From the IMG/VR virus record IMGVR_UViG_3300018875_000001: 64,000 nucleotides of DNA. One strand, given 5' to 3'. A program made the position numbers and the translations under genes. Of this stretch, positions 60,212 to 64,000 are shown piece by piece (within the stretch, counting starts at the first letter, position 1; each line of letters begins with the position of its first letter). This DNA is from a virus. The notes beneath the pieces were generated by a model. The model worked only from the letters and a program-made list of their open reading frames with translations. It was not told where the DNA came from and ran no database searches.

Positions 60212-60424
60212 CTATCCTCGAAGCTTTCGCTGAAATTCATCACTTTCTAAATAATCATAAAATTGTTCCTCTAAGTCTTCGATGTCTTGTACAAAGAAAG
60301 CAGTTTTGCACACATGCCATCCATCATTCGTGATAACTACCATACAATGTGTTCCTTCATCTGTCTCACAAACATTTACAACTTCTCCTTTAACAAATAA
60401 CTTTCTCATTCGATGACCTAACAT
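60212..60424 (-). CDS. hypothetical 70-aa protein
   Basis: In-operon ORF. The start may be internal. Confidence 0.45.
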   Translation of the reverse strand: MLGHRMRKLFVKGEVVNVCETDEGTHCMVVITNDGWHVCKTAFFVQDIEDLEEQFYDYLESDEFQRKLRG

Positions 60425-60426
60425 TT

Positions 60427-60603
60427 TTATTCATCCCTTTCTTTTCTTTTAATGATCATTTGTTCACGTTCTTTAATAGTCAACAAACAAGCACTATAGG
60501 CAGCCAGATACACAATAAAACCTTCTGTCATAGAAGCATGAAAGGTCAACTGAATAAGTGTAGAAAAAAGAACACCAATTACCGTAGCAAAAACTACATT
60601 CAT
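60427..60603 (-). CDS. 58-aa membrane peptide
   Basis: MNVVFATVIGVLFSTLIQLTFHASMTEGFIVYLAAYSACLLTIKEREQMIIKRKERDE*. Below the ORF-track cutoff. Confidence 0.35.
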   Translation of the reverse strand: MNVVFATVIGVLFSTLIQLTFHASMTEGFIVYLAAYSACLLTIKEREQMIIKRKERDE

Positions 60604-60613
60604 ATCAAATCAC

Positions 60614-61180
60614 CTATTTCTTTCCATATGAATCGGAACGTAATGCTTTGAGTTGTTCAACAAGGAGTCGATTTTGTTCAAGCAAAGATTGAATAGTTTG
60701 GACATAAGACAAAAGGATATTATAATCAAGAGCCACATAATCTTTAGGACAACCTTTAAAGCTAAAAGGAAGAAAATAATAATCTCTGCCCATTTGCCGA
60801 GCTTCTTCCTCCAATTTATCGAGCCATTCCTTCTTGATAGTAATTTGTTTAGAACCTCTTGCATCAACTGCACCACGCTCCTTATATTCGGCTAATGCAG
60901 CCGTTATTTCTTCTTCAGTAATCATATCGCCCAGAGCAAAGTGAAAAGCACCAGATGCCAATTGCCGACGAGCCACATCCTTAGCTTTTCGCACTGCTTG
61001 GTTATAAGAGCGAGTTCCTCTATTTTCAAATTCCATTCCTTCTTTTGCTTCTTTTCGGCTTAACGATCTAGATTGTAAAGTTTTGCGTTCTTTTAAAGGC
61101 CGATACATATTATAATGAAAGCATTTAAAGCACGATTTTCCTGCATTGCCGCATTCTTGTTCATATACACAATCCATCAA
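60614..61180 (-). CDS. PD-(D/E)XK nuclease, Holliday-junction-resolvase-like (Hjc/RecU-like pattern), with an N-terminal Cys knuckle (tentative)
   Basis: GMEFENRG...ASGAFHFALGDMI...ALAEYKERG...ITIKKEWLDKL...YYFLPFSFKG follows G..fE...SG....D.i....E.K......i....l...f.f. N-terminal CVYEQECGNAGKSCFKC. Confidence 0.4.
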   Translation of the reverse strand: MMDCVYEQECGNAGKSCFKCFHYNMYRPLKERKTLQSRSLSRKEAKEGMEFENRGTRSYNQAVRKAKDVARRQLASGAFHFALGDMITEEEITAALAEYKERGAVDARGSKQITIKKEWLDKLEEEARQMGRDYYFLPFSFKGCPKDYVALDYNILLSYVQTIQSLLEQNRLLVEQLKALRSDSYGKK

Positions 61181-61224
61181 TGTTCCTACTCTCTTGTCAA
61201 ATTATTGTTGTTGTAATGCCTTTC

Positions 61225-61258
61225 TAAAAGAAAGAAGGAGACACCAAATTCTCCTTCG
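61225..61258 (-). terminator. Rho-independent terminator (minus strand)
   Basis: GAAGGAGA...TCTCCTTC (61234-61241 with 61250-61257), followed by TTTCTTTT on the minus strand. Confidence 0.7.
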
Positions 61259-61268
61259 TGCCTCCTTC

Positions 61269-61736
61269 TTAATAAGAAACAATACTCTTTTCAATATTTA
61301 GCAACGAATTGCTAGTAATTTTCGCTGATGCTTTTGCTTCCAAAGATTTCACCGTTGCTTCTAATGCATAGTAATATCCTAAAAATCGATCTTCTAAATC
61401 AAATAAGTTAACTGTAGGCGAATGATAAAAATCTGGTGCCGGATAATTTCGGGCATACTGAATACCCGCTGCACGACGAGCTTGTTCATTAGGCCCTTTA
61501 TAGTAATCTTCTAGAACGTTTTTAATCAACCGCTGAATTGCATCTTTGTTTCGTCGTGCCCGACCAAAGTCATACAACGCTTTGGTGTATTCTTCTTCAA
61601 CACGAACATTGAAATGATGCAAAGCTGTCTTATCCACTGACGGCACTTTTAAAGATCGATTCATTTGCTCATACTCATCAATTAAGATATCCCAACGTGT
61701 AAAATCTTCTTGTAGCAAGCGTTCCAAAACATTCAT
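61269..61736 (-). CDS. hypothetical protein
   Basis: ATG 61736 forms an ATGA overlap with the upstream stop. Confidence 0.5.
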   Translation of the reverse strand: MNVLERLLQEDFTRWDILIDEYEQMNRSLKVPSVDKTALHHFNVRVEEEYTKALYDFGRARRNKDAIQRLIKNVLEDYYKGPNEQARRAAGIQYARNYPAPDFYHSPTVNLFDLEDRFLGYYYALEATVKSLEAKASAKITSNSLLNIEKSIVSY

Positions 61737-62008
61737 ACACATTCACGCTCGCAATAAAGAGACAACGAAGTAGTATCATATTCATCACAAAGTCGCTGGA
61801 TTTTGTTAGCATAAACATGCATAATTGAACGAGCTAATACTGGAGCTAGTTCTGGAAAAGCAGTAATGCGAAGAAGAAGCTCATCCCTGACCTCTTTCTT
61901 CGCTTCTTCATTCCAAAACTCTTCATGCTCTACAAATCGAATCAATCTCGCCGCCATATAGTCTGATTGTTTTGCAATGCCCGCATTGTATAGTGACAAG
62001 AATGACAA
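61733..62008 (-). CDS. hypothetical protein
   Basis: In-operon ORF after the HTH gene. Confidence 0.5.
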   Translation of the reverse strand: MSFLSLYNAGIAKQSDYMAARLIRFVEHEEFWNEEAKKEVRDELLLRITAFPELAPVLARSIMHVYANKIQRLCDEYDTTSLSLYCERECV

Positions 62009-62019
62009 CCCCTTTTTTC

Positions 62020-62538
62020 TTATTTTGTTTTCACTATATAAGCAACTGTTCCATCATCGAGAGGTTGTGACACAACAATCTTTCTTGGATCCAAACCTGC
62101 TTGAGCGGCATGAGCTTTTCGAAGTTCTTCTTCTAATTGATCAATTTTTTGATAAAGTAATTCCTTATCCCTCTTGAGTTGCTCAATTTGTGCCTCTTTG
62201 GTTTTTAATATCGTTTCAAAGCGATTTGCACTTGAACTCAATTCATCAATCATCTTAAAAATCTCATGCACTTGCTTGTCCGGATCCGGAATCCCATAAT
62301 ATACGATTTCATTGGATTCCGATTTCTCTACAGATGGAACAATGCCTATGACCCCCTGTTTACGTAATTTTTTCACAGCACGATGAACTGTGGCTTCACT
62401 GAGTCCCAATTTTTCACCGATTTGCTTCATAGGCTCCCGTATTGGGCCCTCTTTCCTTTCGGTTTGTTCTTTAATATACTGGTAAACCTGAATTTCACTT
62501 TGACTCAGAATTTCCAATACCTGTTCTTCTGTCAACAT
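62020..62538 (-). CDS. winged-helix (MarR/GntR-like HTH) + coiled-coil protein; first gene of the leftward early operon and a candidate regulator
   Basis: MKQIGEKLGLSEATVHRAVKKLRKQGVIGIV. Lies directly downstream of the tandem promoters and two palindrome sites. Confidence 0.55.
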   Translation of the reverse strand: MLTEEQVLEILSQSEIQVYQYIKEQTERKEGPIREPMKQIGEKLGLSEATVHRAVKKLRKQGVIGIVPSVEKSESNEIVYYGIPDPDKQVHEIFKMIDELSSSANRFETILKTKEAQIEQLKRDKELLYQKIDQLEEELRKAHAAQAGLDPRKIVVSQPLDDGTVAYIVKTK

Positions 62539-62562
62539 CCTTGATACAACCCCTTTTCTCTT

Positions 62563-62583
62563 TGTAATACATTACACATTATG
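62563..62583 (-). promoter_or_regulatory. CATAAT (-10), 1 nt, then the palindrome variant TGTAATGTATTACA
   Basis: Palindrome at 62563-62576 and -10 at 62578-62583 (plus-strand coordinates), 24 nt upstream of ATG 62538. Confidence 0.45.
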
Positions 62584-62625
62584 AGTGATTATCTAGTAAT
62601 ATACCTCATTTAAAAATAATTTAAA

Positions 62626-62639
62626 CATAATGCATTACA
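62626..62639. promoter_or_regulatory. Palindrome variant (minus strand TGTAATGCATTATG)
   Basis: 12/14 match. Centre-to-centre distance to site 62563-62576 is 63 bp. Confidence 0.45.
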
Positions 62640-62733
62640 GTTTATCAAGGATTTTCGACAATTAGGTATATTTTACTTTAAATTCCTTTAAAATCCTGCG
62701 ATTTATAGGACTTTATTCCTGCCTACTTGTTTA

Positions 62734-62762
62734 AATATACCCTTTTCAGCAATAAGTGTCAA
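62734..62762 (-). promoter_or_regulatory. Strong sigma-A-type promoter P1 (TTGACA-17-TATATT), leftward
   Basis: Minus strand reads TATTGACACTTATTGCTGAAAAGGGTATATTTA. -35 at 62757-62762 and -10 at 62734-62739. Confidence 0.65.
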
Positions 62763-62918
62763 TATTTCAAGGATAAACTATATTTCGCAAATTTCGACGT
62801 TAATCGACAGAACGTATGTTCCCATCAACTGTTCTGGTATTAATATACTCTGTTCGGTAATAAGTGTCAATAGTTTGATAGCCTATCATATTTCGCAAAT
62901 TTCGACATTCACCGACAA
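62740..62918. repeat. Two ~70-bp imperfect direct repeats with a 108-bp period, each containing a promoter plus an upstream ATATTTCGCAAATTTCGAC block
   Basis: AATAAGTGTCAATA at 62751 and 62859. TATTTCGCAAATTTCGAC at 62781 and 62889. Confidence 0.8.
62842..62870 (-). promoter_or_regulatory. Strong sigma-A-type promoter P2 (TTGACA-17-TATATT), leftward
   Basis: Minus strand reads TATTGACACTTATTACCGAACAGAGTATATTAA. -35 at 62865-62870 and -10 at 62842-62847. Confidence 0.65.
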
Positions 62919-62951
62919 AATTTATGATAAATTTGGTATTAGAGGCATATT

Positions 62952-63233
62952 TTAGAAACAGGATAAATCGATTTCTTGTTGTTTCTTGCGACGACGCTCT
63001 GTGCGACGACGTTCTTTTTCACGCTCAACAGCATCTATATCCACTACACCAATGCCACGTATACGAGCAATTTCCATAATCTCATCAATATTATAGACAC
63101 GATAGTTATTTCTCGGATTGCGTCGAGCTGGGGGAATTAGATGATTTTCCTCCCAATACATGATGGTATCTCGGTGAACAGCTAGCATGAGTGCTGCTTG
63201 ATTTAGTGTGTAATCCTGTTTGTATTCCTTCAT
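62952..63233 (-). CDS. MerR/excisionase-family HTH protein
   Basis: YTLNQAALMLAVHRDTIMYWEENHLIPPARR...YRVYNIDEI. Basic C-terminal tail. SD TAAAGGAGTTCGTAACAA. Confidence 0.6.
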   Translation of the reverse strand: MKEYKQDYTLNQAALMLAVHRDTIMYWEENHLIPPARRNPRNNYRVYNIDEIMEIARIRGIGVVDIDAVEREKERRRTERRRKKQQEIDLSCF

Positions 63234-63248
63234 TTGTTACGAACTCCT

Positions 63249-63863
63249 TTACAGTTTACTCTCCACCTTCTGCTTTGCTCGTAACATATGATGACAATAC
63301 TCTTGAAACCATTCTTGACTGCTCATAGTATACAACGTTCGATACGTCGTAATCATTTCATACCGATCGAGAAGGACAGATGTATAACCTGCACAATTGA
63401 TAGAAGGATCAAAGTGTTTACCAACATCATAGCCTAATGCAATAATCATTTGTGGTTGCACACATAAAATTTCCGATAACAAATGATGTTGACAGCGTTC
63501 AGGAGTTGAACTTTCTTCACATTTGATTAAAGATGTAAAATACACATCATCTAATGAAAACTTTGCCCATATCAATGTATCAGCCAGCAGCTTACCTTCT
63601 TTGGTTTGGAAATCGATATCACTGGGTGTTTCTCCAATAATCATGACAGACGCATCAAAGTTGCTTAATTCTAATGGTTTAACATATCGTCTATTATTGC
63701 AAGCAAAGCATTGGTGAATGCTTGTTTTAATATGATGTGGTGTTACAGTTTTGTACATATGTTCTTTATCAAGAATTTGATCATAAAATCCTGGCTCAAG
63801 AGCCGTTTTCCGAAATAGATCGGTTTCCAAATCAAAGGGCAGGTTTTTCTCGATTACTGACAT
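63249..63863 (-). CDS. Uracil-DNA glycosylase superfamily protein (family 4-like)
   Basis: HQCFACNNRRYVKP...ASVMIIGETPSDIDFQTKEGKLLADTL...VYFTSLIKC follows C..C.L....v.p.G.....mivGEaPG..E...G.pF.G.aG.lL....vy.tn.vKC. SD GAGGAGGGGTCAAG. Confidence 0.55.
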   Translation of the reverse strand: MSVIEKNLPFDLETDLFRKTALEPGFYDQILDKEHMYKTVTPHHIKTSIHQCFACNNRRYVKPLELSNFDASVMIIGETPSDIDFQTKEGKLLADTLIWAKFSLDDVYFTSLIKCEESSTPERCQHHLLSEILCVQPQMIIALGYDVGKHFDPSINCAGYTSVLLDRYEMITTYRTLYTMSSQEWFQEYCHHMLRAKQKVESKL

Positions 63864-63901
63864 CTTGACCCCTCCTCACATAAGGGAGCAAAAAGCTCCC
63901 T

Positions 63902-64000
63902 TTAGACTAACGTATTTTCATGATATTCTGAGTCTAGTTCTTCTTGAGAATCATCTTGCTCAACCACGAATTGAGCATCTTTTGGAATACGACCCTGTAC
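63902..64000 (-). CDS. 3' end of a CDS that starts beyond the window (partial)
   Basis: Minus frame is open from the window edge: VQGRIPKDAQFVVEQDDSQEELDSEYHENTLV*. Confidence 0.35.
   Translation of the reverse strand, partial: VQGRIPKDAQFVVEQDDSQEELDSEYHENTLV

Noticed and set aside
61195-61200. A TTGACA hexamer (minus strand) just upstream of the resolvase-like gene, as a -35 box.
   Set aside because: The matching -10 position falls on the ATG region (ATGGAT), and a transcript from there would remove the Cys-knuckle N-terminus. It is probably coincidental.
63884-63903. The hairpin AAGGGAGC-aaaa-GCTCCCTT after the partial upstream gene, as a terminator.
   Set aside because: No U-run follows it on the minus strand, and the UDG SD follows directly. 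It may be a stabilising or processing hairpin, but a terminator call is not supported.

Overview
AT-rich 64-kb segment of a large phage or prophage of a Firmicutes host, probably a spore-former. The host inference rests on strong GGAGG-type ribosome-binding sites, sigma-A-like promoters, an alpha/beta SASP gene and a RemA homolog. The window covers replication, nucleotide-metabolism and early-gene functions; I recognised no virion genes. Plus-strand block (1-17.2 kb): a RemA-like regulator, a DnaE-type Pol III alpha gene split into three exons by two group I introns, dUTPase, an amidase/LysM endolysin, a metallophosphoesterase and guanylate kinase. This is followed by a plasmid/conjugation-like module: membrane proteins, an FtsK/SpoIIIE translocase, a wHTH initiator-like protein, two DnaA boxes and an iteron array. 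Minus-strand block (17.6-64 kb): N6-MTase-like protein, Doc-like toxin pair, PAPS-reductase-like protein, DnaN clamp, SNF2 helicase (group I intron in motif I), MTase-fold partner, primase, and UvrD/PcrA helicase (ORF-less group I intron). It continues with a tandem-domain ThyX, an AAA+(Ycf46)/DUF1257/DUF2997 triad, an NrdG-like activase, a Gam-like protein, a tightly coupled E1 - 2 unknowns - E2 - Ubl cassette, a resolvase-like nuclease, HTH regulators and a family-4 UDG. A plus-strand SASP + YdjM pair sits inside the minus block. The most interesting signals are listed here. (1) A phage-borne ubiquitin-like conjugation cassette with no recognisable deubiquitinase. (2) A 14-bp palindrome, TGTAATGCATTACA, recurring at promoters and intergenic sites, with a control region of tandem promoters. 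(3) A recurring CCCTCCGGG hairpin element in 5' leaders. (4) Three architecturally equivalent structured intergenic RNAs. (5) Four related group I introns, two of which carry antisense homing-endonuclease genes, one intact and one decayed. All functional calls are motif-level readings by eye. No database search was run, and intron and start coordinates are approximate to a few nt.
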